64,000 nt of DNA from positions 23,231,497 to 23,295,496 of the forward strand of contig CM119269.1 of NCBI GenBank assembly GCA_051294375.1, given 5' to 3'. Below the pieces are notes generated by a model. The model had not been told where the DNA came from and made no database searches. It worked only from the letters and a program-made list of their open reading frames with translations. This document shows positions 1-14,866 of this stretch, one piece after another. This DNA is from Paraspadella gotoi. Taxonomy: Eukaryota > Animalia > Chaetognatha. Both the position numbers and the translations under genes were made by a program. Within the stretch, counting starts at the first letter, position 1. Each line of letters opens with the position of its first letter.

Positions 1-272
1 ACTCTCTTTTGTTGTGTTTCTTCTCTCTCTCTCTCTCTTTCTCTCTCTGCTCTATTTATCTCTCTTTCTCTCTCTTTATCTCTATCCTCTCTCCTCTCTC
101 TTTTATCTCTCATCTCTCTCTCTCTTTAACATTATATATCATATATCTAATATCTCTCTCTCTCTTCTCTCTCTATCTATATTTATCTCTCTTTCGTCTC
201 TCTCTCTCTTTATTCTCTTCTCTCTCTCTCTTTACTCTCTCTCTCTCTCTCTCTTACATATTATATATATCT

Positions 273-316
<44 letters not shown>

Positions 317-329
317 TTATATATCTCTT

Positions 330-363
<34 letters not shown>

Positions 364-471
364 TTCTCTCTCTTTAATCTCTCTCTCTCCTTATCTCTCT
401 CTTCTCTCTCTCTCTTTATCTCTCTCTCTTTCTCTCTCTTTATCTCCTCTCTCTTATCTCTCTCTTCATCT

Positions 472-506
<35 letters not shown>

Positions 507-516
507 TCTCTCTCTC
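1..516. repeat. Degenerate (CT)n microsatellite
   Basis: Near-continuous CT dinucleotide tract; the Leu/Ser ORFs over it are artefacts. Confidence 0.95.
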
Positions 517-639
517 TCGCCTCACAAAGAGAGAGGAAATCATCATTCTTCTTCGTNNNNNNNNNNNNNNNNNNNNNNNNNTCGTCTCACAGTGATTTTT
601 GTTTTGTGAAACTTCGTCTAATAGTTTCTTTTCTTTTTG

Positions 640-945
640 GTTATCGTCGTCCTCGTCGTCGTCGTCTTCATCGTCGTCGTCGTCGTAGACATCTTCTTCG
701 TTGTCGTCGTCGTCTTCTTCATCATCATCGTTGTCGTCTTCAGCATCGTCCTCATCATCATCGTCTTCGACGTCATCTTCATTATCATCGTCGTCTTCAT
801 CATCTTTGTTGTTGTCGTCTTCAGCATCGTCGTCGTTGTTTTCTTCTTCATTGTTTTTGTCATCGTTATCATCATCATCGTCGTTGTCGTCTTCATCGTC
901 GTCGTCGTCTTCATCACTATCGTCTTCGTCATCGTCGTCATCGTT
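640..945. repeat. Degenerate (GTC/ATC)n trinucleotide tract
   Basis: tcgtcg/tcatca runs giving homopolymeric ORFs in several frames. Confidence 0.9.
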
Positions 946-1589
946 TTTTTATTGTTCTTTTAATGTTATTATTATTGTTATTGTTTGTCTTATTGTTATT
1001 TCTTCCTTACATCGTTTTTCTTCCACGATTTTCTTAAAACCTTAACCTCCATGTCCTGATCCAATAAAACCTTGCCCTAACTTTTTTGCCATGTCTTTCT
1101 CTCCGTGGAATGCTTCTCTCCTGCTTGAATTCTCTTTGCGATCCTTTCCACCTTGTCCTCTCCTCTCAGGCTTGTCTTCTGATCTTTTTATTAGCTTTTA
1201 ACCATGTCTAATCCTCTCAGACATGCAATTCTCACCATGTCTAATACTCTCTCTGCCATGCCATTCTCACCTTGTCTAATCCTCTCAGCCATGTCATCGT
1301 CCAATATCCCCGAATGAGTCATGATTCTTTTCCATCTTTTTTCTCCGAATCTTCGTCTCATGATTTCGTGAAAATCAGAGCGAAGAAGGATGTTGTTGTT
1401 GTTGTTGTTGTCGTCGTTGTTGACGGAGACGTTGCCGATAGCTCAAAAGGAGAAAAAAATAGGAGATATGATTTATCTTAATTATTTATCTATTAATTAT
1501 TTATTTATCTATTAATTATTTATCTATTATTTATCTATTATTTATTTATCTATTAATTATTTATCTATTAATTATTTTATCTATAATCA

Positions 1590-2120
1590 ACAATGACGAC
1601 GACGATGACAACGATGACAACAATGAAGAGAACAACGATGAAGACGACAACAACAAAGTCAACAGAAATGATGTCGACGATGACAATAATAGCAACGAAG
1701 AGAACGACAATGAAGACGACGACAACAATAAATTATGATGACGACAACGACAACAGCAATGAAGAAAACGACAATGAAGACGACAACTACGACCAAGTCG
1801 ACAGAAATGATGACGACGATGACAATGATAGCAACGAAGAGAATGACAATGAAGACGACGACAACAATAAATTATGATGACGACAACGACAACAGCAATG
1901 AAGAAAACGACAATGAAGACGACGACGACGACCAAGTCGACAGAAATGATGACGACGATGACAGCAACGAAGAGAAAGATGATGAAGTCAACAGAAACGA
2001 TGACGACGATGATGACGACAGCAACAAAGAGGACAACGATGAAGCTGACGTCGACGAAGTCAACAAAAACGATGACGACGACGAAGTCAACAGAAACGAC
2101 AAGGACGACGACAACGACAT
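1590..2120. repeat. (GAC/GAT/AAC)n tract with ~139-bp higher-order tandem period
   Basis: ataaattatgatgacgacaacgacaacagcaatgaagaaaacg occurs at 1728 and 1867. Confidence 0.8.
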
Positions 2121-2402
2121 CAATTGCTTGAACTACTTCCCTCTTTCTCTTCTCGTTTCTCCCAAGTGTCTCGTAAATTCTTCAATTATTAAGACTTTTG
2201 TCTCTCGAAAAAACTGTCGGGCTTAATGTCGTCGTCGTCGTCGTCGTTGTCATCGTCGTTGTTGTCGTCGTCATCGTTCTCTTCGTCGTAAGTAATGAAT
2301 TTTCAGTTTTCTAAAAGTAGACGTCAATTTCTATAACTCATTTCGTTTTCTCTCTTTTTGTCTTTTCCTTCTTCTCGAACGATTTGAAATGTTAACTAGA
2401 GG

Positions 2403-2454
<52 letters not shown>

Positions 2455-2458
2455 ATAC

Positions 2459-5400
2459 CTCCATCCGCCATCCTCTTTCTCTTCCCTCTACAGACAAGTC
2501 CTCCACAGACATTTTCCTCTTCTTCCTCGCATTCCTCCATCGCTTTGTCAATCAGTTGGTCCACTCTCCAACGTCCGGGACCGAAGCCGCAAGGGTTGGC
2601 CACGCAGCCGTTGGCGCCGCCCTCGCGGCCCGTCGGGTTGCGCATCGTCTGTTGGGCAGGGGGGAGGGAAAAAACTATTGGACTGCTCATTTTTTTTCAT
2701 AGAGCCTCGTTTCTTAGTCTAATATGCATATTATCGGACGTTTTGATAAAAACTTATTTAATTATCTTAAAACTTCATTGCCATTAAACTTTTTAACATT
2801 AAAGTATTTAGTTTTTAAAAAAATTTTAGGGATTTTTTTATGATTATTTTGGATTTATGAGATTAAACGAATTCTATCAAATCAACAAATTAAAAAAAAA
2901 ATTAGAAAAAGTTAGAATTTTGCTTCAACGAATTTTATTTATATACGGACATGTTTCGACTATTTTGGTTGCAAGTCTTCATCAGCGTTTACAGTTTATA
3001 AAACTGTTCTAAATCTTTTTCTAAATTTCCAAACAAAATTTAATCTTTGACCAAGCAATCATGCAATCAATCAATCAATCAATTGTATTATTTTTGAACG
3101 CTTTAATACTTGACGTTTTTCGTTTTTTACTGTTTTTGGTTTTTAGTCGGATCTGCTTATCAGCAGTCCGACTCTATAATTCACTTTGTCGGTCCATCGG
3201 TCCGCCCCCTCAATATTGTCAGGCACACACTTATATATGTCGTCTTTATTTACTAGCTTCCTGTAATAATGACGAATCTATTAGCCACTAATATATTAAA
3301 AGAGGATTGAGTATCATTATGATTATATTAAATAACGTGAAACAACGAAAAATAAAACGGGAGACAGAGAGAGGAATTACAAATTGTTACGCGGCCAAAA
3401 ATCAGCGATGAAGAATTCCAAGCGATCGGAAAACTCAAAAAGCATTTGTTTACAATCGGCGAAGGCCGACGTCGGTCTATTTGTAAAATACAAGACCGAG
3501 ATTTTGTAATAAATACTTTAATATTCTGGGGGGGGGAAAAACAAAATCATGTCAGAACATCGAATTATGATAAATTATGCCAAAAAAAAACTATGATGTC
3601 CGTGTCTCTGTCTGTCTGTCCTGTCTGTCTGTCTGTTCTGTCTGTCTGTCCGTCCGGTCCCTCCGTCCTCGTCCGTCCCACCTTAGCAAAAAACACCAAT
3701 TACTCGTGATTGGATGGATGGATTTGAATGAAATTTGTGTGGGTAGGAAGTGTGTGTTAGCTGGATATGAAGTTTCGGTGGAATCGTTCGAGTGGAAATG
3801 AGTTTAAATGGAAAAAACAACAAAAATATATTGAACACCAATTGCTCATGAGTGGAAGGGGCAATTGACCTTGAATTTGGTATGTGGGTAAAAAAGTGTG
3901 TGATTAAGCTGGAAATCATGTTTTGATGGAATCGTCTTAGTGGAAATGAGTTTAAATGGAAAAAACAAAAAACCTGATTCACTAATTGATTATGCTTATT
4001 TTTCCTTTTATATCAAATGTAAATTCAGGATGTATTAATAAATCAAATAATTAATAAATTAGTCAATTAATTAATAAATAATTAATTAATCAGTCAATAA
4101 ATCAAGTCAATCATTATCGGCATTATTCTCATCGTCGTCATTGCTTTTGTCATGGTTAGTGACGAAAAGACCTAAAAACAAACATTTGGGATCATTTAAT
4201 TAATTAATTGCCTAATTAATTAATTAATTAACTTGAATAATTTGATTATTAATTAATTAATTACCGATAATGATCGTGGGCAGATCCGACATTGTTTGCT
4301 CAAACTTGTTATGATATTAACATCTTTGAACTTTCTTGAACGTTATATTTTATAGTTTTTTATGAATTAGTTCATAACATTAAAAAAATGTAATGAAATA
4401 TTATATCTTTATCAGTGAAGTTTTATTTAACTGTGTTACAGTCTTTTACGCTGTTATTTATTCCGTTACCCTTCCAGTCTTTTTAAGCTGTTGTTGATAC
4501 TGTTACTGTTATTGTATTGTGTTAATATCGTTTTTGATATTAATAAAAAAAAATATCCCATTGAAGTCGCATCGATAAGCAACTTCATAAGAAAGTCCTT
4601 TTGGTCGGTCTGTCTTTCTGTTTGTTCACGGATGTATATTAAATTTGTAAAGGTAAAAGTCTTTCTGACAAAACTTTTGTCGTTGCTGAAACTCCAATGA
4701 GATTGTAAAAAAAATATGAAAAGGATAATTGGGCTCTCTCTTCCAATTGCGACCGATTTCTGTTCCTTATCCTAAATTAAACTGTGACGTTAACCCTAAT
4801 CTATTACTAAACCTATTTATGAAGAAATAAATTTTGTCATATTTGATAAAACGACTTTCGTGTTAATTTTTATAGCGACTCATGTCAAAACATTTTTGTA
4901 CGCGTGAAACGAGGACTCACCAGTGAAAAAATCTATAACATTTTCTGCATTAACTCTTTTACCATAAACCTAAGTGCTTATCACTAATCACTAATTACTA
5001 ATCCCTTATACTAAACCTTAATTTAATTCTTAAACTAATCCCTTATTATAACTTTAAACTTAATATTTTGTGTATAAACTATCGATTTCGTTGCGTTTTG
5101 AAATTTATAAATTCGTTGATAAAAACAAATAAATTGTTTTTTCTCCTAAACTTAATATTTAAAATTAAACTTAAAAATAAGCCCATGAATAGAAACAAGG
5201 ACGCTTCCTTCTTTTTCCTTCTTTCTTTTTATTTTTCTTTCTTTCCTTTTTTTCTCTTTTTTCTTCCTCCTTTTTCTTCCAAACTCTTGAATTAATTCAA
5301 AACCCAAAAAAGAGAAAAAAAAATTCAGGTTAAAAAAGAAAAAAAAAAGAGAAAAAAAAGAAAAAAAAGATTAAAGTCGAGAGGGAAAACTGGAGGGAAA

Positions 5401-6075
5401 AATACTGACGACGACGATGAAGACGACGATGACGACGATGACGACGTTAACTACGACGATGATGATAACGATGATGACGACGACAACGATGACGATGACG
5501 ACCGGGACGACAGAGACGAGGACGACAACAATAAAGACATTGTAGTGGTAGTATTTCATACCCCGCTACTCGTCCGGGAATCAGCAGCACCTATGGCGCC
5601 GGAGGTAGCACGAGCTCCTCCCAACCCAAAGGACTCGGGTTCGCGCCCTGCTGATTCACACAAGTAAAATCGGGACGGGGCGTCTAACCCACCTGTAGTG
5701 TCGGACTACAGCCCGATCCGGCATCGTCTTCTACAACATCGATAAAGATGACAGTTATGACGATAATGACGACAACGATGAAAAAGCCGACCACGACAAT
5801 GAAGACGACGACGATGATAATGACGACAGCGACGACGACGACGACGACGACTACGAAGTCAGGATCCACGGAGAAAACTTTTCAACTCGAGGGAAAAAGT
5901 TGAGGGATTTTGAGGTCGAAAGGTGGAAGAAGAGAGAAGGGGGAAAGAGAGAGAGAGAGAGAGAATGGAATGGGTTTTCTTTGAAAAAAGATTCGTTTAA
6001 CCAGAAGAAACGAGACTTCATCTTCAGACAAACGAAAACATGGATTTTTGTTGTTGTTGTTGTTGTCGTTTCCCG

Positions 6076-6138
<63 letters not shown>

Positions 6139-7019
6139 CATCCACTGCTTCAACGCGAAATCTTGAAAATCTTTTTTCTTCATTTTCTCCCCGAATTTTT
6201 TTTCATCAAAATGCGGTGATCACGTGACTGGTGTGAATTCTTAAGTATCTTCCCAATTTTGTTGCTTGTTTTCTAAGACAGTTTCTTACTTGTTCTTTGC
6301 TTGTTACATGCTTGTATCTTTCTTTCTTTTTACTTTCTTTCTTTTTTTCTTTCGTCTTAAAATTTCTCAATTAGTTCTTTTACCTCCATTACTAATAGAT
6401 ACTGGATAATGGATAATGGATCATAGCATTAGACTTTTAACATTTTTTAAAGGCAACAAAAAATATATAACTATAAAAATAAGATTCTCCAACATGAAAA
6501 ATATACATTCATTAAAAAACTAAGCTATTTTTGCCCCCTGGATTTGGTCATGCAATAGTGGGTTATGGCTTCCATATAATTCACAAGAAAATAAACATAG
6601 CAAGTCCCTTCAACACTTTTTTTTTTCTTTTAATCAAAATTTTAAATCATATTTTTTCTTTATTTAAGTAAAGTTTTCTTTTTTCAATTTTTCTTTTCAT
6701 CTTTAAAATCGAACCATAGATCGGGAAGAAGAGAAGGAGAGAGAGAGAGAGAGAGAGNNNNNNNNNNNNNNNNNNNNNNNNNNNNNNNNNNNNNNNNNNN
6801 NNNNNNNNNNNNNNNNNNNNNNNNNNNNNNNNNNNNNNNNNNNNNNNNNNNNNNNNNNNNNNNNNNNNNNNNNNNNNNNNNNNNNNNNNNNNNNNNNNNN
6901 NNNNNNNNNNNNNNNNNNNNNNNNNNNNNNNNNNNNNNNNNNNNNNNNNNNNNNNNNNNNNNNNNNNNNNNNNNNNNNNNNNNNNNNNNNNNNNNNNNNN
7001 NNNNNNNNNNNNNNNNNNN

Positions 7020-7054
<35 letters not shown>

Positions 7055-7533
7055 TCAACAATTCCAAAGGCATCTCTCACTTTGCGTCGCTCATTGAAAC
7101 GAAAAGATGCGACTAAATCGGCTCTTTTTCTTTTTCCGCCATTTTCTCTTCTATGTAATTAGTTTATTTTGTCATACATACCAACAATCATTCTTTCATT
7201 CATTCATTCANNNNNNNNNNATCTTTATAATTTTTTACTTATTTACTTTCCTTTTTCTTCCTTTTTCCTTTCCTCTCCCTTTTCCTTTCCTTTCCTCCAC
7301 TTCTCCCCCAGCCCCTTAACTCACCCTCAAATCAGCCACGTTTCCTTCCCCAACCAGATCCGTACATCCCTCCGTCTGACCGCGACAATTTCCTCTGTAG
7401 CAAAAAGCCTTTTCGTGCGATCGCGTGACGCAGACTTCCCCGTTGGGTTTGTGCCGGACTCGGCAGTCGCCGGAATCCCCGGTGCAGACGTCGTTCTGTG
7501 TGAGAGGGAGAAGGGGAGGAGAGAGGGAGCGAA

Positions 7534-7575
<42 letters not shown>

Positions 7576-8200
7576 TTGATTTGATTTGAATGATTTGTAA
7601 TGCTCAAAAATGTGACAGTTAAAACATTAACAAAACGGTACATAAATTTATGTACAAACAAACAAAAAGAAAGAGAGGAAGAGAGGGAGAGAGGGAGAGA
7701 AAGGGAAAGAGAGAGGGAGGGCGAGAGAGAGAGGGATAGAGAGGGAGAGAAAGGGGGGGAGAGAGAGAGAGAGGAAGAGAAGGGTTAAGAGGAACAGAAA
7801 GGAAGGAGACAACTTTTTAGTTTTATGTTGTTTTTTTTTGTGCCTTTATTATATTTTGATTCATTTGATGTCATTTTATCTTTATTTTAATTCGTGATTA
7901 AAAACAATTTGTTATTTTTAATTCTTATTAAAAATGTGACATAAACAAAACAAGGAAATTAAATTCCGATTATTACGTTCGCATTATCAGGTTTTTTTTT
8001 TTTAAATAGAAAGCTAACATAGTAACATAGTGACAAAGTAACATCTTCGCTTTGACAAAAACGACGACGACGACAGCGACGACGACGACGAGGACGACGA
8101 CGACGACGAAAACGATCAAATCCTCACCGATTCTGTTTTTCAAAACAAATTTGTTGTTGATCGTTTCTATCGTCGTCTCATTGAAAGATCTGGTCGCGAT

Positions 8201-8288
<88 letters not shown>

Positions 8289-8428
8289 GAGGGGACATAC
8301 AGACTATTTGCGATGATCAAACATCATTGGTGATATTGTCGTCATAATCATCATCATCTTTGTCGTCTTCGTTTTACTCATTAATTTCCTCATTGTCATC
8401 GTCTTCATCATCGTCGTCGTCATCTTCA

Positions 8429-8459
<31 letters not shown>

Positions 8460-11400
8460 TAAATCTTCAAAACGATCGTCAACTTTGATAAACGAGTTTC
8501 TCTTTAATTTGTTTATTCCCTGGAAACATTGCAGCTTGGGGGAGGAGGAGGAAGAGGAGGAGGAGGAGGAAGAGAAGGAGAAGGAGGAAGAAGAGAAGAG
8601 AAAGGAGGAGAAAGAGGAGGAATAGAGAAAGGAGGAAGAGGAGGAGGAAGAGGGAGGAAAGAGAGAGCAAGGTTGAGAAGAAGTGAAAGAGGAAGGAGTA
8701 AAACAGTAACAGTTTTTATTTTTTTATGATTTCACCTTTTTTGTTTTTAGGTTTTTTTTGTATATCTGTTTTTGTTTTGATCGTCAACTAAAAATTTTCT
8801 TTTTTTTTGCAAAACAATGGAAAAAACGTGTTGTCGTCGTCGTCATCGTTCTCTTCCTCCTCTTTATAATATTCTTTTCTTCTTCTTTATCTTTATATAT
8901 TCCCAGATGTATTTGCTGAAAGCGTCCCTTTTAGATTTCTAATTCTTAAACATAATTAATTAATTATATCTATAATATCTTTCTCTAATCAAATGTTAAT
9001 TCTATCATTAACTTTTATTCCTAATCCTAAATTAATCCCTAATTCGAATTCGTAATCTAATCTTTAATATTAAACCAAAAAACAATTAAAGTTGAAATTG
9101 AGCGCTTTTGGAAATAAGTGCCACATTTCCTATTTTTTCTAAAATCCCAAAATATTTTCTTCTTCCTAAATCTGTTTTCTTAATTTCCTTAAATTCCAAA
9201 ACTTTTTCTCTACATATGACATATGATATGATATGATATACATATGATATGTATAACCGATTTGTATATATATCTGTATAAGCGATAAACATTCTCCCTC
9301 TCTCTCTGNNNNNNNNNNNNNNNNNNNNNNNNNNNNNNNNNNNNNNNNNNNNNNNNNNNNNNNNNNNNNNNNNNNNNNNNNNNNNNNNNNNNNNNNNNNN
9401 NNNNNNNNNNNNNNNNNNNNNNNNNNNNNNNNNNNNNNNNNNNNNNNNNNNNNNNNNNNNNNNNNNNNNNNNNNNNNNNNNNNNNNNNNNNNNNNNNNNN
9501 NNNNNNNNNNNNNNNNNNNNNNNNNNNNNNNNNNNNNNNNNNNNNNNNNNNNNNNNNNNNNNNNNNNNNNNNNNNNNNNNNNNNNNNNNNCTTTCTCGTT
9601 TGATTCATAACAAATCAAATCGCGAGTTTTGTTATGATTTTCTCGCGGGATTTATGATTTTGCATTTAGATTTATGATTTGGCATTTAGATTTATGATTT
9701 GGCATTTAGATTTATGATTTGGAATTTAGATTTACCGAATTCCGAATCAGGATTTGTTCAGTGGCACCAAAAGAAGCATTGATTTACGACTAAATTATAC
9801 TAGTTTGTAATTTTATACAAGTGCAAAGCGCTGATCAATAATAAATAAATAAGACGCTAAGTAAGCCTCATGTAGTACTCTAGGTCACCCACTGGAAACA
9901 TAAAAGTTTGGAACCGGACTTGGAAAATTGCCAGTTTTATTAAGGCGGGGCTTACTGCCTTTCTCTTCCCGGGACCTCGTGGTCATGATCCAATGAGCCA
10001 TCGAGATTAAACTGAAAGGAGGTCCAATGGTAGGGGAAACCGTTACGAATGAAACTTAAAATCTTACCCCTAAAGGTTCTCTCAAGATCAAACCAAACCC
10101 ACGAGCCAAACAACNNNNNNNNNNNNNNNNNNNNNNNNNNNNNNNNNNNNNNNNNNNNNNNNNNNNNNNNNNNNNNNNNNNNNNNNNNNNNNNNNNNNNN
10201 NNNNNNNNNNNNNNNNNNNNNNNNNNNNNNNNNNNNNNNNNNNNNNNNNNNNNNNNNNNNNNNNNNNNNNNNNNNNNNNNNNNNNNNNNNNNNNNNNNNN
10301 NNNNNNNNNNNNNNNNNNNNNNNNNNNNNNNNNNNNNNNNNNNNNNNNNNNNNNNNNNNNNNNNNNNNNNNNNNNNNNNNNNNNNNNNNNNNNNNNNNNN
10401 NNNNNNNNNNNNNNNNNNNNNNNNNNNNNNNNNNNNNNNNNNNNNNNNNNNNNNNNNNNNNNNNNNNNNNNNNNNNNNNNNNNNNNNNNNNNNNNNNNNN
10501 NNNNNNNNNNNNNNNNNNNNNNNNNNNNNNNNNNNNNNNNNNNNNNNNNNNNNNNNNNNNNNNNNNNNNNNNNNNNNNNNNNNNNNNNNNNNNNNNNNNN
10601 NNNNNNNNNNNNNNNNNNNNNNNNNNNNNNNNNNNNNNNNNNNNNNNNNNNNNNNNNNNNNNNNNNNNNNNNNNNNNNNNNNNNNNNNNNNNNNNNNNNN
10701 NNNNNNNNNNNNNNNNNNNNNNNNNNNNNNNNNNNNNNNNNNNNNNNNNNNNNNNNNNNNNNNNNNNNNNNNNNNNNNNNNNNNNNNNNNNNNNNNNNNN
10801 NNNNNNNNNNNNNNNNNNNNNNNNNNNNNTTTTCCCACCAACCAAACCCACCACTGGCACTAGTGGCACTAGCCAAACCACCGATCAACCGACTAACCAA
10901 CCAGCTAACCAATCACCGGACTAACCCTAACCCTAACCCTTTAAACCGCCAACCTCCCACGTCTCACCATGTCTCCCATGTCTCCCACGTCTCACCATGT
11001 CGCAGTCATCGTCTCTTTTCTTGTTGCAAATTTCTCCTTTTTTCCTGAACTTGCATCCAACGCAACAAGGACCGATGTTGCATTCTGCTCCTTCCTTCAA
11101 AACGCAGCGGTCCGTGCAGCAACCCGTCCCTTGAATATTAATGAGAATAATATATTAATATAGTAATAATTAATTAATAATAATAATCTCGGTAAGGCGG
11201 GTCACAATTTTTTTTTAATAGAGTGAGCATCTATTTTGAAATAAAAAAATAAATAGGTAAAACAAATATACATAATTATTTTTAAATATTTATTCATCGA
11301 TAGCGTGAACGGAAAGGCGAAACAATTTTTTAAACATTCCTTTATTTTTTTCATTATCAATTCAGGTGGCCTGCAAAAAGTATAATATTTTTATCATTAT

Positions 11401-12224
11401 TTGTTTCCTTTCAATTCGTTGTGTTTGATAATATCGTTGTATTGTTGTAATCTCAATTTAAAAACGTCTTCTAATATTTTTATCATAATTAAGTAAAAAA
11501 GGAGTTAAAAATCACCATCATCGTCTTTTGAATATTTTATTGACCAAGAAACCCTAAGAATTTAAAAAAGTTGTAATTATATATTATTATTGTAATCTTT
11601 ATAGCATCAAAATAAAAGTATTCAAATTTAAATTTTAATTTATTAGTAGATATTAGCCTTATTTTCCAAGAATAGCCATTTTTTAAAATTTTTCTAAAAA
11701 TTATGTTAATTTTTTAAAGATTCGGTTTAATGGTTAAGCTTAAGCATTAAGTATTTGGTTATTGATTAAGGTTAGAGATTTGGATTAGGGGCTTGGGTTA
11801 GAGGTAAGGTTAGAAATTAGGATAATGGTTGGTTAGGTATTAGTTTAATTATTGGTTAGGGATTGGTTTAATGATTGGTAAGGGATTGGTTTAATGATTG
11901 GTAAGGGATTGGTTTACTGATTGGTTAGGGATTGGTTTAATGATTGGTTAGGGAATGGTTTAATGATTTGTTAAGGATTGGGTTATAAGTTACAGTACAT
12001 GTTGAGATTAAATATAAAGATTAAAATTAAATTAAGGGATAAATCAAGAGAAACAAGAGCTGAGAGACAAAACCTTTATTTTCGCACTGCTCTCCCGCAT
12101 CGATCTTTCCATTGCCGCAACAAGTTTGCATCAACTTCTCAATGCTGTCGTATTTATCCCGTCGGTTGTAGAGGCATTTGTGAAGGCCCGCCTGGAGAGG
12201 AGGGGGCAGGGATGAGTGTATTGT

Positions 12225-12312
<88 letters not shown>

Positions 12313-14815
12313 TCATAAGTAAAGTCAATATCCGCAAATGAACAGTCGCTCCACACCCAGGACATTCTCGAATCGATAAGTGGCGACATGATGCATTTCT
12401 TTGTGCGCCCTCTCAACTTCTTCCCGCTGGGCAATGTGCAAGTGCAGCCCCGAGACGGTCTGGCACCCGAGGCGGCCACGATCCGGGCGATGACGCCCCT
12501 GAGGTCGTCAGAGCCGATAAAATTTAAATGCTAATTTAATTTAATTTAATTTAATTTAATTTAATTTAATTTAATTTAAATGCTAATTCATACAGCATTG
12601 AAAAAATCTATCGTGAGCTTAGATTATAGCATCAAAATATTTTTGGTTAAAAATGCTTCATTCTTTTTTTTTTGAAATTTTAAATTTTATTGATGGATTC
12701 TGACAAAGCATAAATAGTTAAACAAAAATATAATTACAGCTTTTAAAAATTATTAGTTTTCTCCATAAAAATGTAAAAAAAAATAACAATGATTCTGATT
12801 TTTTTACGGTTTTTCTTATTTTTGACCCACTTATTATAAAAATATTTAAAACAGAATTATACTCTTTGCAGAGATTTATTTGTTTATTTATCTGAATCTA
12901 ACCTTTTCTCCAAAAAAAGTCTTTCACATATGTAAATAAATATTAAAAACAATTAATTACTAGGCTATAGAGCCATATAAGAACTTTTTTGACCTGAGGC
13001 CCCAGTCGTGTTGAGCCCCGAGGCTGTGACCCAATTCGTGGGAGATGGTGAGACCCACTTCCCAGAGGTCGGAGGATGAAGGAGCGCTCGAGATGCTGTG
13101 GAGGGGAGGGCAATGGAGAGAGGAGGAAGGGCAGAGGGAGATGAGGGGAGAGGGGGAGAGAAGAGAGGGAAGAGGGAGAGAAGATGGGAGTGGGAAGGGA
13201 AAAAAGAGGGAGGAAAGGGAAAGGTCATATTTTTCTATTTCAGCCTAAATTCAGAACTAAATAAAGTTTTCGGTTTAAAGTTTAGGTTAAGGGTTATAGA
13301 TTAGGGTTAGGGGTTCGGGTTAAGGATCTGGTCAGCGATTTAGTTGGGGATTAGGGATTAGGCTTTGGATAATTTAGTTAGGGATTAGTGATTAATGGTT
13401 AGGGATTAAGGATTAGGGATTAAAGATTAAGGATTAAGGAATAATGATTAAGGATTATGAATTAAAGAATAAAGATTAAGAATTAGATATTAGGGATTAA
13501 AGATTAAGGATTAGAGATTAAGGATTAGGGATTTTAGTTAATGATTAAGGATTAAGATAAGATATTAGGTTAACGATTAAATGTTTAAGTTCAAGATTTG
13601 AGGATTAGGAAACAGAAACGGAGAGCTTTCGGAATATAGTGCCTACAATACTTTTCCCCAACCCCTTATTTCTCTATTTTCTTTTTCTTTCCTTACCTCA
13701 CGGAACTGTCCCAGTTACAGACGGAATAAGTTCTCGACTTTCCCAGAATGCAATGCTTCCCATGGCAGAATTGTTGTCCTGTGACCAACATAGTGTGGTC
13801 AGATAGCTTCATCGGTCCATTCGGTTCCCGACAGATCATCTTCGATCTGTACTCCTTCACGCAGGACAAGTAGTTTGACGAGAATTTGTTGTTGTTCGAA
13901 GAGTAAACACTTTTGGAACATTTTGAGGGACTGAATCCGTACTGATAGAAGAAAAGAGATAATTGTTTAAAAGCTATTAAAGTATTTTTTTTAGTTGCTT
14001 CGCGAGTACTCGTACTCTTTAAGTCACTTTTCGATCGGTTTGTTCGCCTTTCGGTCGGTCGGTCGGTCGGTCAGGGCGGTCGGTTCGTCGGTCCGGTCGG
14101 TCGGTCGTCGGTCGGTCGGTCGTCGTCGGTCGGTCGGGTCGGCGTCGGTCGTCGGCTTCGGTCGGCTGCACGGCCGCCGGTGTCGGTCGGTCGGCTCGGT
14201 CGGTCGTCGCTCCGTCGGTCGGTCGGTCGGATCGTCGCGTCGGTCGGTCGGTCGGTCGGTCGGTCGGTCGGGTCCAGGCGGGTCGGTCGGTCGGTCGGTC
14301 GGTCGTCGTCGGTCGGTCGGTCGGTTCGGTCGGTCGTCGTCGGTCCGTCGGTTCGGTCGTCGTCGAGTCGGATGTCCTGGTCGTTCGGTCGGTCGTGTCG
14401 GCGTCGGTCTCAGGGCGGTCGGGATCGGTCGGTGCGGTCGCGTCGTCAGTCGATCGGATCGGCTCGGATCGGCATAGCGGGCGGTCGGTCGGCGTCGGAT
14501 CGGGTCGGTCGGTAGTCGGTCGTGTCGGTCGGTGTCGGTCGGTCGGTCGGAATCGGTCGGTCGGTCGGTCGGATCGGTCGGTCGGTATTTCTGTCCGTTG
14601 GTCGGTCTCATGTTGGATGCTCATTTGTTGAAACAGGAATAGAACCTTAAATCTAAGAGACTGCTAGCGCTAGTTTTTGGTTTTAAAGAAAACTATAAAG
14701 AGTAAAAGTCGAGATTCCAATGCAGCGCGTGTCGAAGATATTTCAAAATACGCGATGCAAAAGAATTTGGTTTTTCTTTGTTCCCGTCACATTAATGTAA
14801 CATTAAACATCAAAG

Positions 14816-14866
<51 letters not shown>

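Noticed and set aside
9-2226. Long Leu/Ser, Thr/Met, Asp/Asn and Val/Ile ORFs
   Set aside because: Translations of microsatellites that are open in several frames.
3400-3446. Hammerhead-like gatgaagaattcc..ggaaaactcaaaa
   Set aside because: Core is broken (no CUGA, no GAAA after stem II); at most a relic.
12440-12498. Apparent loss of the ADAM zinc motif (VIARIVAASG before CxC), suggesting a pseudoprotease
   Set aside because: The intact HELGHSLGAQHD is in the preceding exon 13095-12994.
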